A stretch of DNA of 63,627 nucleotides, filler included, from Candidatus Woesearchaeota archaeon (GCA_023266675.1; 5 parts of 5 records of this genome joined end to end with filler, not necessarily neighbours in it); one strand, 5' to 3'; positions 1 through 9,949 are shown, counted from the whole stretch's first letter. Made by a program: numbers and translations. The notes: a model not told the origin generated them from the sequence alone.

Positions 1-222
1 TTTAAAATGCTTTACTCCGCTTTTTTTTATATAAGAGACCATCCCTTTTTTTATCAGTTTGTCCAGGACAACATATATTTTTCCTGCAGACATTTTGTAA
101 TTGTTTAAAATTTTTCCTGTTTTTGACTCACCAAACTTTAGAAGTGCCAGGTATACTCCTATCTCATTTTCTGAGAGGCCTGTGTTTTCAAGCTTCAATT
201 TTAGTGTTTCAAAAATATCCAT
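1..222 (-). CDS. TrmB-like winged-HTH transcriptional regulator, 3' part outside window
   Basis: Not in the ORF track. Manual translation gives MDIFETLKLKLENTGLSENEIGVYLALLKFGESKTGKILNNYKMSAGKIYVVLDKLIKKGMVSYIKKSGVKHFK, the GLS..E..VYLALL...IY..L..L..KG.V pattern. SD GGAGGGAGTGAT lies upstream. Confidence 0.85.
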   Translation of the reverse strand, partial: MDIFETLKLKLENTGLSENEIGVYLALLKFGESKTGKILNNYKMSAGKIYVVLDKLIKKGMVSYIKKSGVKHFK

Positions 223-283
223 ATCACTCCCTCCTTGGGAGAAGGTTATATTTATAACCTTGCCACTACTCATAAGTAATAAT

Positions 284-1096
284 ATGGGAATAATTTATGA
301 AATCTTTTCAAGACGGATATTTTGGGGGCCTTTTAAGATAGTGTCATATTTCTTATTTTTTCTAATTATCATCTTTTATCCCTTTCATCCGGTATTTTCT
401 ACACTTTTGCTTTTTTCATATATTGCACTTTGGAGCAGAATTCCATGCATGGTATCTGACTGGACAAAAGACTTTGACATGATTGATTTTTTTGCCGTAC
501 TTATCGCAGTCAGCATGAAGACTCCTTTGTCAGGATTATATGCAGGGGTCTTTTCAGTGTTTGTCATGATGTTTTCAAGAATTCTTGGTCCTGATGAAGG
601 ACTTTGGATTACACTCACAGAATCAGTGGCATTCTTTTTTGCTGCACTATTCTCGCCATATGTGTTTCATTTTACCAATGGAAACTTGCTTTATACCTTA
701 TTCATATTTACTGCACAAAGATATATTTATGATATCATTATAGTTTATATATTTTTTAGGCCAATGATTTATCTGGCAATACTGTCCTTATTTTTTGGCG
801 TTCCAATAGCATACCTCATGAATAAGCTGATGGTAACCTTTCTTAGCCCTTTTTTCTCAACAGTATTTGATACAGGCTTAAGATTCAACTTCCCGCTTTT
901 TTCTTTTGCGCTGATACTAACTGTGTGTGTTCATTACCTTGATAAATATTTTTCAGGTCCGATTGGCAAAGTTCCTGACAAGTCAATATTTAACTTCAGC
1001 TTTAAAATTCCAAGAACAAAAAAACTGCATGAAAAAACAGGGACAGTTGCAGAGGATAATTACAATAATTATCCTGCGTTTTTTGAACATAGGTAA
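284..1096 (+). CDS. Multi-pass membrane protein of unknown function
   Basis: Several hydrophobic segments. Start moved to ATG 284 because the 101-283 extension overlaps the divergent TrmB gene. Confidence 0.7.
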   Translation: MGIIYEIFSRRIFWGPFKIVSYFLFFLIIIFYPFHPVFSTLLLFSYIALWSRIPCMVSDWTKDFDMIDFFAVLIAVSMKTPLSGLYAGVFSVFVMMFSRILGPDEGLWITLTESVAFFFAALFSPYVFHFTNGNLLYTLFIFTAQRYIYDIIIVYIFFRPMIYLAILSLFFGVPIAYLMNKLMVTFLSPFFSTVFDTGLRFNFPLFSFALILTVCVHYLDKYFSGPIGKVPDKSIFNFSFKIPRTKKLHEKTGTVAEDNYNNYPAFFEHR

Positions 1097-1128
1097 TATT
1101 TTTAAATAATCTTGTTTTCATCTTTGTT

Positions 1129-2112
1129 ATGATTGTTTTGGGAATAGAATCAACGGCGCATACGTTTGCAATTTCAATAGTTGACGGGGAAAAGAAAAAA
1201 GTATTGTCAAATGTAATTGACGGATTTACAACTGTCAGTGGTGGCATGATTCCTTCAAAAGTTGCCGATCATCACGTTGATGTATATGACAGGGTTCTTT
1301 CTGATGCGCTGCTAAAAGCAAACATAAAACTTTCTGATGTTGAATTGATATCCTTCTCTCAAGGTCCTGGTATGGGGCATTGTCTAAAAATCGGAGCATT
1401 TGCCGCAAAAACACTATCGCTAAAATTAAAAAAACCATTGATTGGTGTAAATCATTGCATTGCACACCTTGAAATTGGGAGAATGTTAACAGATGTAAAC
1501 GACCCCGTATTACTTTACGCATCAGGTGCAAATACACAGATAATAGCTTATGAAGGAGGAAAATACAGGGTATTTGGAGAAACACTTGACAATGGAATTG
1601 GTAACTTTGTAGATTCACTTGCTCGTGAAATGGGTCTTGGGTTTCCGGGTGGGCCAAAAATTTATGAGCTTTCATTGAAATCTAAAAATTACATTGAACT
1701 TCCATATACAGTAAAGGGTATGGATGTTTCATTCGGAGGACTTCTCACAAATCTAAAAAACAAATTAAAGCAAGGATACAAAAAAGAGGACCTAGCTTAC
1801 TCTGTTCAGGAAACAGTTTATGCAATGCTTGTTGAAGTTGCTGAGCGGGCCATGGCTCACACAGGAAAAACTGAGCTACTCCTTGGAGGAGGCGTTGCAT
1901 GCAATAAACGACTTATTGAGATGGCAAATATTATGTGCAAAGAGCGAGGCGCAAAGTGCTACTCACTTCCTAATGAATTTAACGTTGACAATGCAGCAAT
2001 GATTGCGTGGCTTGGATATGTTCAGTATAAATCAGGTATGAAAACAAAGATATCTGAAGCATATATCAAACCATATGAACGTACTGATGAAGTCAGGGTT
2101 ACATGGAGATAA
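1129..2112 (+). CDS. kae1: tRNA N6-threonylcarbamoyltransferase Kae1 (KEOPS), not fused to Bud32
   Basis: LGIESTAHT, GPG, VNHCIAH, SGANTQI, GETLD..IGN, GGVACN and DNAAMIA motifs. Confidence 0.96.
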   Translation: MIVLGIESTAHTFAISIVDGEKKKVLSNVIDGFTTVSGGMIPSKVADHHVDVYDRVLSDALLKANIKLSDVELISFSQGPGMGHCLKIGAFAAKTLSLKLKKPLIGVNHCIAHLEIGRMLTDVNDPVLLYASGANTQIIAYEGGKYRVFGETLDNGIGNFVDSLAREMGLGFPGGPKIYELSLKSKNYIELPYTVKGMDVSFGGLLTNLKNKLKQGYKKEDLAYSVQETVYAMLVEVAERAMAHTGKTELLLGGGVACNKRLIEMANIMCKERGAKCYSLPNEFNVDNAAMIAWLGYVQYKSGMKTKISEAYIKPYERTDEVRVTWR

Positions 2113-2204
2113 TTTTTTATAAGGCTTACATCACCTTTTTTATGTTGTCTTTTTATGATACTAACAATAATAAAATTTAAATATGTCACTCGTTTTGCTA
2201 TATC

Positions 2205-2621
2205 ATGCATATCACAAAACAAGTGCATTTAGGTATTTTAGTTGATTATTCTACTATAGAAGATGCGGTTACTAAAGCTGCAAATGATTTCAACTGGAGC
2301 ATGCATCTTGACGACAATCCAAACAGCAGGCATAAGATAACTGAAAAGCAGGAAGAACAATTTTATCTTTGGAAAACATTCAATCTAAAACACCTTAAGT
2401 TTATCCCAATGATAGACCTCTCATTATGCCAATCAGGAAATAACGATTATATCTATATTCATCAGCACTTTGCGCAATCATCTGATATTTTAAAATATAT
2501 CTCATCAGTAAAAACTTATCTTGGCATGTCAAAACCGGAAGAGTCTGCGCTTTCATCTTCTCTAGTTCAAAATGAATATTTGCAAAATCCAGGAATATTA
2601 TCATTTCCTAAATCATTTTAA
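2205..2621 (+). CDS. Hypothetical protein
   Basis: 138-aa ORF with TATA-like TTTAAATA upstream; no recognised motif. Confidence 0.6.
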   Translation: MHITKQVHLGILVDYSTIEDAVTKAANDFNWSMHLDDNPNSRHKITEKQEEQFYLWKTFNLKHLKFIPMIDLSLCQSGNNDYIYIHQHFAQSSDILKYISSVKTYLGMSKPEESALSSSLVQNEYLQNPGILSFPKSF

Positions 2622-2622
2622 C

Positions 2623-2664
2623 TCCTAATTCATCATAAATTAATCCTAATTCATCATAAATTAA
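2623..2664. repeat. Exact 21-bp tandem duplication TCCTAATTCATCATAAATTAA x2
   Basis: Read directly between two convergent genes. Confidence 0.9.
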
Positions 2665-2670
2665 CGGATT

Positions 2671-2898
2671 TTATCCAATGTATCTAAATCGAGGAATTTC
2701 CTTGCCGTTTACAGTTACTTTTTCAAGAAACATATTCTTTGGACGCACCCATAATGCTTTATTTCCAAATTCTTTTGAATCATAAAACGCGCGATACACC
2801 ACTAACTCTTCATGTGTTTCGCTGTGTCTTGCTACTCCTATAACTTCATAGAACTCTCCCTTGTAATGCTGGTATTTTCCGGGTTTTAATTTTGTCAT
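2671..2898 (-). CDS. DUF1653-family protein
   Basis: GKYQHYKG..YEV...ARHSET.E.LVVYRA...WVRP..MF...V....PRF signature. Confidence 0.9.
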   Translation of the reverse strand: MTKLKPGKYQHYKGEFYEVIGVARHSETHEELVVYRAFYDSKEFGNKALWVRPKNMFLEKVTVNGKEIPRFRYIG

Positions 2899-3068
2899 AA
2901 AATTTGAATATTAATTGATAATTAAAATGTTTATGTTTAATATCGTTTAACCCGGTTTATTTATCTTATTTTTGTCTGAATTCAGTATTTTCTTATAGTT
3001 CAAGCAAAGCATTATATACTAAATTCACCTAATAACCTCCATGTTTTTCCCGTAATGGGGGTGGAAAA

Positions 3069-3515
3069 ATGCAAAAAGTTTCTGACGTAATGCATGGCAT
3101 AATAACTATTGATGAGAATGAGTTTTTAAGGACTGCAGCAATAAAGATGATAAAAAACCATCGAGGGTCAGTCATAATAACAAACCATGAGAATAAGCAT
3201 TCAGGTATTCTTACTGAGCGGGATATCTTAAGGATTGTATCTGAAGGATTTGATCCTAAAATAACACTGATAAGGGAGCACTATACAAAAAACATCATTT
3301 CTGCAGATGAGAACGCTTCTCTTGATGAGGCATTTAAACTTATGGACTCAAACAGGATAAGACGGCTTCCCGTAACAAAAAACGGAACAATTGTCGGCAC
3401 AGTAAGCATAAGATCACTATTAAAGAATATGCGATACAGCCTTGCAGAAAGATTCTTCTCTGAAAATTTTCATCCGGGATTGTCTGCTGAGATGGAAGGA
3501 AGAAACTACAGATAA
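3069..3515 (+). CDS. Tandem CBS-domain protein
   Basis: V.DVM, GILTERDIL and IRRLPV...IVG.VS CBS pair. Confidence 0.92.
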   Translation: MQKVSDVMHGIITIDENEFLRTAAIKMIKNHRGSVIITNHENKHSGILTERDILRIVSEGFDPKITLIREHYTKNIISADENASLDEAFKLMDSNRIRRLPVTKNGTIVGTVSIRSLLKNMRYSLAERFFSENFHPGLSAEMEGRNYR

Positions 3516-3609
3516 AAATGAATCCTATTTTTTATATTCTATCCATATAATAATTTTTTTAGCAAACTATAAATATCTCACTAAATGACCGGTGATTTAG
3601 GGGAAAACT

Positions 3610-4965
3610 TTGAAAACAATAAAAATAGGAACTGACAAGATACTAAAAAAAGATGTGAAAAAATTAGTTTTTTCTCCAGACGAAATTCCAAGCACTCAGC
3701 TTTTTAATTCTGATGATGTCATAATCGGAAATCACTCATCACCACTTGCAATATGCTTTGTGTATACATGGCCTTCTGATCACCCTCCTGAAAACATAAA
3801 GCGTTTTGCGCAGAAGATTTCAAACTATGCAGCAATAACTGGTTTTTGGAGAACAACCAACGGTGGAAAATACGCATTCTCAAATATTCTTTCCAACCCA
3901 AACATAAATAAATTATTGATTCTTGTTTTTAATGCAAAAGATAATGCACATCTTCTTGCTGAAACGCTTTCAAACCTGTGGCAGAATGGTGTAAATGAAA
4001 AAGGAATAATAATCGGCTCAAGAGCTCCAAATCCTAAATTTGAACAGGTACCAAATGAAGCGCTTGAACACTTGAAAAAACAGGTAGATCTTCTCGTCTT
4101 AAAAAAGCTTAAAGAAACTGATTTTGAGATGATAGAAAAAGTAGTTAGCGCATGCATTCAGGAACCTGAGAACGCAGTAAAGGTTTCAGATTTTGAAGGG
4201 CTTGAATATTATTCAACGCTGATAAAGGAAAACCTGATATATGACGATGGTATAAGATTTGAAACTCCTTATATTCTAGACCTTTATTCAAGCGCAAAGA
4301 AAATGTCATATGACGAAAAATCTTTGGTTTCAAATGTCAGTCAATCAATACAGGCAGAAAACTTAAAAGATGCAAGTGAACGCGTAGCGTCATATGTATT
4401 CATGAACGGCGTAATGTTTAAGGATGAACGAGGTATACTTAATGTTGAGTCAAGAAGTTTTACACTAACAGTCATGAATCCGCTTGAGGTTATACCTCCT
4501 CATTTTGATGAGAACTATATAAAAAAATATGTTGATGAGTTCATGAACGGCAGCGGAGAGAACATTGAAGAACCAGCACACATTTGCCACGATAGAATTT
4601 TCAGGCGTTGGGGTAATCAGGTTGAAAAAGCAATAAGCTTATTAAAGAAAATGCCAAATACAAGACGCTGCTTAATATCGCTTTTGGACCAAACAAGCGA
4701 TATGGAAAATGCGACTGCACCATGTCTTGATTTTATATGGTTTATAATAAGACAGGACTCACTTGAGCTTCATGCAACGTACAGAAACAATCATCTTGCA
4801 ACAGTAAACAAAGACGGAAAACTGATAGACGGCGAAGGAGCGCTTGTACCAAACCTTTATGCTTTAGGAACATTGCAGAAGTTTGTCGCAGAAAAAACAG
4901 GGAAAAAAACAGGACTGCTGATACTAAATGATTTTTTAGGGCACTTATTTGTCAGCGGAGTTTAA
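3610..4965 (+). CDS. MtrA-like domain fused to a divergent thymidylate-synthase-fold domain
   Basis: N-terminus GN..SPLAIC, AAITG..RT.NG, NILSNPNI..L, AH...ETL..L.QNGV...IIGS.A resembles MtrA. C-terminus WGNQV, PNTRR.LISL, APCL, ATYR, PNLYAL resembles ThyA. TTG start. Confidence 0.8.
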   Translation: MKTIKIGTDKILKKDVKKLVFSPDEIPSTQLFNSDDVIIGNHSSPLAICFVYTWPSDHPPENIKRFAQKISNYAAITGFWRTTNGGKYAFSNILSNPNINKLLILVFNAKDNAHLLAETLSNLWQNGVNEKGIIIGSRAPNPKFEQVPNEALEHLKKQVDLLVLKKLKETDFEMIEKVVSACIQEPENAVKVSDFEGLEYYSTLIKENLIYDDGIRFETPYILDLYSSAKKMSYDEKSLVSNVSQSIQAENLKDASERVASYVFMNGVMFKDERGILNVESRSFTLTVMNPLEVIPPHFDENYIKKYVDEFMNGSGENIEEPAHICHDRIFRRWGNQVEKAISLLKKMPNTRRCLISLLDQTSDMENATAPCLDFIWFIIRQDSLELHATYRNNHLATVNKDGKLIDGEGALVPNLYALGTLQKFVAEKTGKKTGLLILNDFLGHLFVSGV

Positions 4966-5407
4966 ATTTTAAAAGTATCTCTTCTAACCGCTTATGCTCT
5001 TTTCTCAAATCAGATTTAATAAACATTAACGGTGTATAAAACGCATCAATTTTCGGGTGCATATTTAATTCAAATAACATCATCCTGTCATAACTTATCT
5101 GAGAATTCATGGATAATGGTAATATACCTCTATTATATAATGGCATTCTTGCTTGAAGTCTTTTCATTGATTCAATCATCATTCTTTCTTTGTCTTCTTT
5201 ATTTTCAGAAAGTGATGTCGTTTTTTCGTAAAAACCTCTCATCCTCCAAGTCATATTGTCGCAGATTAATCCGTTAATACCAACTCCATACCCTAATGAT
5301 GCATGAGGTTTAGGTAAAGAAGGAGTTTCATGCTGCACAAAATCCGGATGGATGTTTTCCCCATCAAGATATAATGCTATAGATTTAGGAATTTCTTTTA
5401 ATCTCAT
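4952..5407 (-). CDS. Hypothetical protein
   Basis: 151-aa ORF with TATA-like element upstream. Confidence 0.55.
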   Translation of the reverse strand: MRLKEIPKSIALYLDGENIHPDFVQHETPSLPKPHASLGYGVGINGLICDNMTWRMRGFYEKTTSLSENKEDKERMMIESMKRLQARMPLYNRGILPLSMNSQISYDRMMLFELNMHPKIDAFYTPLMFIKSDLRKEHKRLEEILLKFKLR

Positions 5408-5536
5408 AATATTAACTTATTAATTTCTTATTTAAATATTTTTATGCAACTAATGTTTCAACACAATAATTATTTCTGAAACAAAAGGCAAGGCTTATAA
5501 ATAATTAATTAAAAATCTTTCAGGGGTGTTGAACCG

Positions 5537-6403
5537 TTGAAAGCATATCTTGAAATTGTACAGAAAATTCTTGAGAAAGGAGTTTTTAAAAAAAGCAGAA
5601 CAGGAGTTGACACACTCGTAGTTCCTGGCATGATTTTTGAACATGATATGAAAGACGGCTTTCCGCTTTTAACAACAAAAACTGTGCCATTTAGACTTGT
5701 AGCGTCAGAACTTGAATTCTTCATCAAAGGAATTACCGACAAGAAATGGTTGCAGGACAAGAATAATCACATATGGGATGAGTGGTGTTCGCCAGATAAG
5801 GTTTCATACGCGCATGACGATGAAACAAAAAAAGCAATGGCATCCGAGCGAGAGCTTGGGCCAATCTATGGCTGGCAATGGAGAAATTTTGGAGCAAAAT
5901 ACCAGTCACTTAGTGAGAAACCAAAAGGAGAGGGAATAGACCAGCTGAAAAAACTTGTTGAAACAATTAAAGAAAATCCAGACGACAGACGTATGATAGT
6001 TATGGCTTGGAATCCTACTGACCTAAAACACATGGCGCTTCCGCCTTGCCATTATTCATTTCAGGTAACTGTTACTAATGGTTATCTTAATCTTTTGTGG
6101 AACCAGCGCTCAGTAGATGTGGCGCTCGGCCTTCCATTTAACATTGCAAGCTATGCTCTTTTGCTTCATCTGCTTGCTAAAGAGACAGGACTAAAAGAGG
6201 GAAGGCTAGTCGGATTTTTGGCAGACACACACATATATACAAATCATGTTGATGGACTAAAAGAGCAGCTAAAAAGGGAGCCTTATTCACTTTCAAAAAT
6301 AAAAACAAACAATTTCAAGTCGATATTCACATGGAAATATGAAGACACAGAAGTTGAAGAATACAAATATCATCCAAGAATAAAGTTTGAAATTGCAGTA
6401 TGA
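5537..6403 (+). CDS. thyA: Thymidylate synthase ThyA (bacterial-type)
   Basis: RTG..T, FPLLTTK, IWDEW, LGPIYG.QWR, RRMIV.AWNP, LPPCH, QRSVD..LG.PFNIASY and HIY.NH motifs. TTG start. Confidence 0.97.
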   Translation: MKAYLEIVQKILEKGVFKKSRTGVDTLVVPGMIFEHDMKDGFPLLTTKTVPFRLVASELEFFIKGITDKKWLQDKNNHIWDEWCSPDKVSYAHDDETKKAMASERELGPIYGWQWRNFGAKYQSLSEKPKGEGIDQLKKLVETIKENPDDRRMIVMAWNPTDLKHMALPPCHYSFQVTVTNGYLNLLWNQRSVDVALGLPFNIASYALLLHLLAKETGLKEGRLVGFLADTHIYTNHVDGLKEQLKREPYSLSKIKTNNFKSIFTWKYEDTEVEEYKYHPRIKFEIAV

Positions 6404-6430
6404 TAGCTTTAATATTATTGAGGTAATAAA

Positions 6431-6615
6431 ATGGCAGAAATAATAATAATTGCGGCAATAGCCAAAAACAAGGTAATAGGCAACAAAGGAGATATTCCAT
6501 GGAGAATCAAAGAGGATTTCCAGCATTTTAAGGAAGTCACGTTTGGGCACCCTTGTATTATGGGAGACAGAACCTATGAATCATTGCCTGTCAGGCCGCT
6601 ACCTGGGCGGGAAAA
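6431..6615 (+). CDS. folA: Dihydrofolate reductase, truncated by contig end
   Basis: IIAA...VIG....IPW....D..HFK..T.G.P.IMG..TYESL..RPLPGR; immediately downstream of thyA. Confidence 0.93.
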
Positions 6616-6715
6616 NNNNNNNNNNNNNNNNNNNNNNNNNNNNNNNNNNNNNNNNNNNNTTAATTAATTAANNNNNNNNNNNNNNNNNNNNNNNNNNNNN
6701 NNNNNNNNNNNNNNN
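6616..6715. other. Artificial contig linker (N44-TTAATTAATTAA-N44)
   Basis: Same 100-nt spacer with six-frame stops occurs four times. Confidence 0.98.
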
Positions 6716-6868
6716 TTATAATTAAGTACTTATTTGTATCAATTATTTTAATAAAATTAAGATAAACTAAACAAATATGATGTTCAATTTGATAATTTTA
6801 TCTTACTTCGCAAGTCTAATCTGTTTTCCAAAAAACTTATATAGTCATTAAATCAATAAACATATATA

Positions 6869-7018
6869 ATGGATTTTAAAGAATTAAATGATAAGTTGAA
6901 TGCTTGGCTTAATGAGTTTATAGACAGTTTAAAAAATCTGCCAACTGATGAGAAAATTTCTTACAGCGCCGTAGCGTGCGGTGTTGTTTTCATAATTATA
7001 GGGGCAGTTGTCTGGTAG
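6869..7018 (+). CDS. Small single-TM membrane protein (49 aa)
   Basis: Below the ORF-track cutoff. MDFKELNDKLNAWLNEFIDSLKNLPTDEKISYSAVACGVVFIIIGAVVW; TTATATA box about 30 nt upstream. Confidence 0.6.
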   Translation: MDFKELNDKLNAWLNEFIDSLKNLPTDEKISYSAVACGVVFIIIGAVVW

Positions 7019-7033
7019 AAATATAATTGCTTT

Positions 7034-7777
7034 TCATAAAAGCTGTATCTGGGATGTTGATACATAAGGCACAACATGAGCTATTAAAACTCCTCTGTTC
7101 TCTTTGACGTCTATTGTGAAATAATCTTTTATCTTATCAACAGAAAGTTTTTCTCTTAACTCGTCTTTTGCATGAGCGAATTTTGCCATCTCAACATACC
7201 TTGCCCTTTCAAGAGGATTCATTATCTTTAATGAATGTCCTTTTCCGTGTTCTTCTTTTAATCTTCTTCCATTATCCCAAATTCGCGCATCATCTATTCC
7301 ACTTGGTGCGTTTATTCTTCTTATCTCTGATATTGCGTAATCTGGGATTCTTCTTAATCTCATTTTCTCAATGGAATTGGAGACTGGGTCATAATATGTT
7401 AATGGATTTCCAAACATATCCAATAAATATGCTTCTGCGGTGCTTAAATTCACCATATTATGCCACCTCTTTTTTCCGCCTCCAGAAAATTCATACCGTC
7501 CTTCATCCTTTAGGTAGTTTCCATTATAACTTTCTGATGACTTGGGGAATATCACTCCTGTTGCTTCTCCTTTCTTTGAGTTTTCATCTATCCTTTTTTC
7601 AAGTGAGTCTGTGTGCTTTCTTTTTACTGGAGCAATTAAATTTATGGGTACTCCATTTATGTTACATTTTAGAATATCATCTTTTTGAGATTTATTATCT
7701 GCGATGAGTTTTGATGATAAATAATGCATTACCATAGAACTTACATCAGAATGCGTTAATTGAGATATTTTATTCAT
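7034..7777 (-). CDS. Hypothetical protein
   Basis: 247-aa ORF, 2 nt from the upstream gene, so probably co-transcribed. Confidence 0.7.
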   Translation of the reverse strand: MNKISQLTHSDVSSMVMHYLSSKLIADNKSQKDDILKCNINGVPINLIAPVKRKHTDSLEKRIDENSKKGEATGVIFPKSSESYNGNYLKDEGRYEFSGGGKKRWHNMVNLSTAEAYLLDMFGNPLTYYDPVSNSIEKMRLRRIPDYAISEIRRINAPSGIDDARIWDNGRRLKEEHGKGHSLKIMNPLERARYVEMAKFAHAKDELREKLSVDKIKDYFTIDVKENRGVLIAHVVPYVSTSQIQLL

Positions 7778-7779
7778 AA

Positions 7780-8232
7780 CTAATTCCTCAGATACTCTAT
7801 AAATAAATCTCTTTGTGCTTCATTTGCCCAAGGTAAATCTTTTTCACTAATGTTTGGCGGCGTTGTGTTAAAGAAAAGCGTTAAGCTTTGATAACTGGTT
7901 TTAGTATTAGATCCAAACAGGTCTGATGCCGGATAATCAACATCTGCCATAGGTGATGTATGTTTTTGTTTAAAATAAGATAGACTAACCTTTCCGCAGT
8001 TTTTACTGCCGTCACCTATGCTTTTGCATAATAGAATTGCCTCTAATTTACTTTCTCCTTTTTGAAAGGCTCCAAATTCAGGTGATACAGGAACATATAC
8101 TTGGAAATTTTTTTCTCTGTAAAAATCTCCAAATTTCCCAGTAATCTCGTCATACAGCTCTCTGGCGCTTCCTTCTTCAAGCTTAAATCTTATGCCTGTA
8201 TCTTTTACTCTTTCTATTGAATAACTTGCCAT
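7780..8232 (-). CDS. Hypothetical protein
   Basis: 150-aa ORF with TTTATAAA box upstream. Confidence 0.7.
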   Translation of the reverse strand: MASYSIERVKDTGIRFKLEEGSARELYDEITGKFGDFYREKNFQVYVPVSPEFGAFQKGESKLEAILLCKSIGDGSKNCGKVSLSYFKQKHTSPMADVDYPASDLFGSNTKTSYQSLTLFFNTTPPNISEKDLPWANEAQRDLFIEYLRN

Positions 8233-8514
8233 ATCTCTCTTGAAAGTCTTTTACTTTATAAATCTTTCGATTATTTTGTTACTTAATAGTGATAAATTAA
8301 TTTTTTAGAATATTGCGTATTCCTGTTAGTTTCTTTTTCCATGCGAAGTGGGATAAAATTTCGTCCCAAAAGTTTTTGAGTCAGCAGTCAATCTAGAAAG
8401 AAGTTCAATAAACTAATAAAGTTTAATAATTATCATATCTCCTTTTTATTGTCGCAATCTCAACTTTTATTTAGGATGTGAGTATTTATAAATAGTAACT
8501 TTCTTACTATTTCT

Positions 8515-8982
8515 ATGGAACTTTTTGGTGATGATTTTATTGAGGGTAGTGATTTCATTAGAATCTGTAGAGATTGGAGAATAGAGGAAGTTGAAAATGG
8601 TTATACTGCTAGAATTTCAACAACTTTTCCAGACTATAAAAAATTTAAAGAACAAATAACACGAGCAGTAAAAAATAGCGGAGCTGTTCAAATTAGTTCA
8701 AATCCTAAAACTCGTGGGATACTCAATGTTTGGGGTACCTTAGATACCTATTTATTACCTCTTGGGTTTGTAATTGAACTTGAGATAATGCATAACGATT
8801 TAACAGATAAAGAATTAGAACAGTTGTATAGAGAAACTGGTTCATTTTACAGAGATTCAGATAAATTACCAGGATATTGTCATATGAACGTATTTTCGAC
8901 AACCAAACAAGTCGAATCTGCAGAACAATTAGAAACGATATTAAGAAAAACTATTTCTTCAAATGCAAAGTATTTAAAATAA
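8515..8982 (+). CDS. Hypothetical protein bracketed by a 12-bp inverted repeat
   Basis: 155-aa ORF with TTTATAAATA box upstream. TTTTTGAGTCAG at 8373-8384 and CTGACTCAAAAA at 9018-9029. Confidence 0.7.
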   Translation: MELFGDDFIEGSDFIRICRDWRIEEVENGYTARISTTFPDYKKFKEQITRAVKNSGAVQISSNPKTRGILNVWGTLDTYLLPLGFVIELEIMHNDLTDKELEQLYRETGSFYRDSDKLPGYCHMNVFSTTKQVESAEQLETILRKTISSNAKYLK

Positions 8983-9095
8983 TACTAACTCCAATTCTTA
9001 GACTTTAGAAAAATAGACTGACTCAAAAATTGAAATTAATCATATATTAACTTCATATCAATAAAGAACTTAATTAAAAAAATATTTAGAAAAAA

Positions 9096-9476
9096 TTATT
9101 CGATTAATACTGCGTTGATTGTTCCTTCCTGGCCAGGCCTTGAAGTTATCCTTGCTTTTCCTTTGTCAGTGTCTATTATTGTGCCTTTTGTCATTATGTT
9201 TCGTCTGACATAGTTCTTGTTTGCAGGGTTGTCAACAACAGAGTTTATCTTTGCTTTGACACATTTCTTTGTTTTAGGATTCAATACATTTGCAATGTTT
9301 GACTCCATGATTTTAACTCGTTGACTTCCGCCAAGTGTTCTCTCTTTTTTTCTTTTAAGCTCTCCTACTTTTGAAAGTGTTGGAACTTGTCCAAGGTCGC
9401 ATTTTCTCTTCTTTCTAAAGTCGATGTATCTGCTTCCACTTGCTTTTAATCTGCTTCTTGATTGATCTATTGCCAT
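9096..9476 (-). CDS. rps8e: 30S ribosomal protein eS8
   Basis: RKKRK..LG..PT, RT.GG, V.DNPAN.NYVRRNI.TKG.II.T..G.A.ITSRPGQ.G.INA. Start set at MAIDQ. Confidence 0.96.
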   Translation of the reverse strand: MAIDQSRSRLKASGSRYIDFRKKRKCDLGQVPTLSKVGELKRKKERTLGGSQRVKIMESNIANVLNPKTKKCVKAKINSVVDNPANKNYVRRNIMTKGTIIDTDKGKARITSRPGQEGTINAVLIE

Positions 9477-9579
9477 TTTATATACTAGAAAAAGTCGGCT
9501 ATTTATAAGCTTTACGAAAATGCGTGCCGTCGCTAGTAAATAATTTATTAACACTTGCATAATCTGTATTATTAAAGAA

Positions 9580-9888
9580 CTATTTTTTATTGATATGATG
9601 CGATAACTTCTCTATCTGCTCCTTTTTTAGCCCTACCTTCATGAGTTTCTTAGTCATCTCATCATGATGCTCAGGTTCAATACTTTCTGGTTCTAAAAGG
9701 TTATCCATAACTTCAGGCGTTGACTCTTTTGGTTCTGCTTTTTTAGCTTTATCCAAAATATTCTTGGTTTTATATTCAATGATATACTGACTTATGTATC
9801 GCAGAATAAACAATATGAATATAACAAATAGCAATATGGAACCAACTTCTAAAATATACTTAAGATTTTGTGCTATCAAGAATTCCAT
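9580..9888 (-). CDS. Small membrane-anchored hypothetical protein
   Basis: N-terminal hydrophobic helix followed by a charged tail. Confidence 0.65.
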   Translation of the reverse strand: MEFLIAQNLKYILEVGSILLFVIFILFILRYISQYIIEYKTKNILDKAKKAEPKESTPEVMDNLLEPESIEPEHHDEMTKKLMKVGLKKEQIEKLSHHINKK

Positions 9889-9949
9889 ATTCCCTCTTTA
9901 CATTAAAAATTTATAAATGTTTTGCATAAATATAAAATTAATAAAAAAA

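Noticed and set aside
101..283. N-terminal extension of the 331-aa ORF
   Set aside because: Antisense shadow of the TrmB-like gene; ATG 284 is more plausible.
2623..2664. 21-bp tandem duplication as a functional site
   Set aside because: Only two copies between convergent genes; most likely slippage.
3610..4165. Methanogenesis inferred from MtrA-like domains
   Set aside because: The domains are fused to TS folds and no other mtr or mcr genes are present.
6616..6715. TTAATTAATTAA palindrome in N runs, four times
   Set aside because: Artificial contig spacer with stops in all frames; ORF ends running into it are artefacts.
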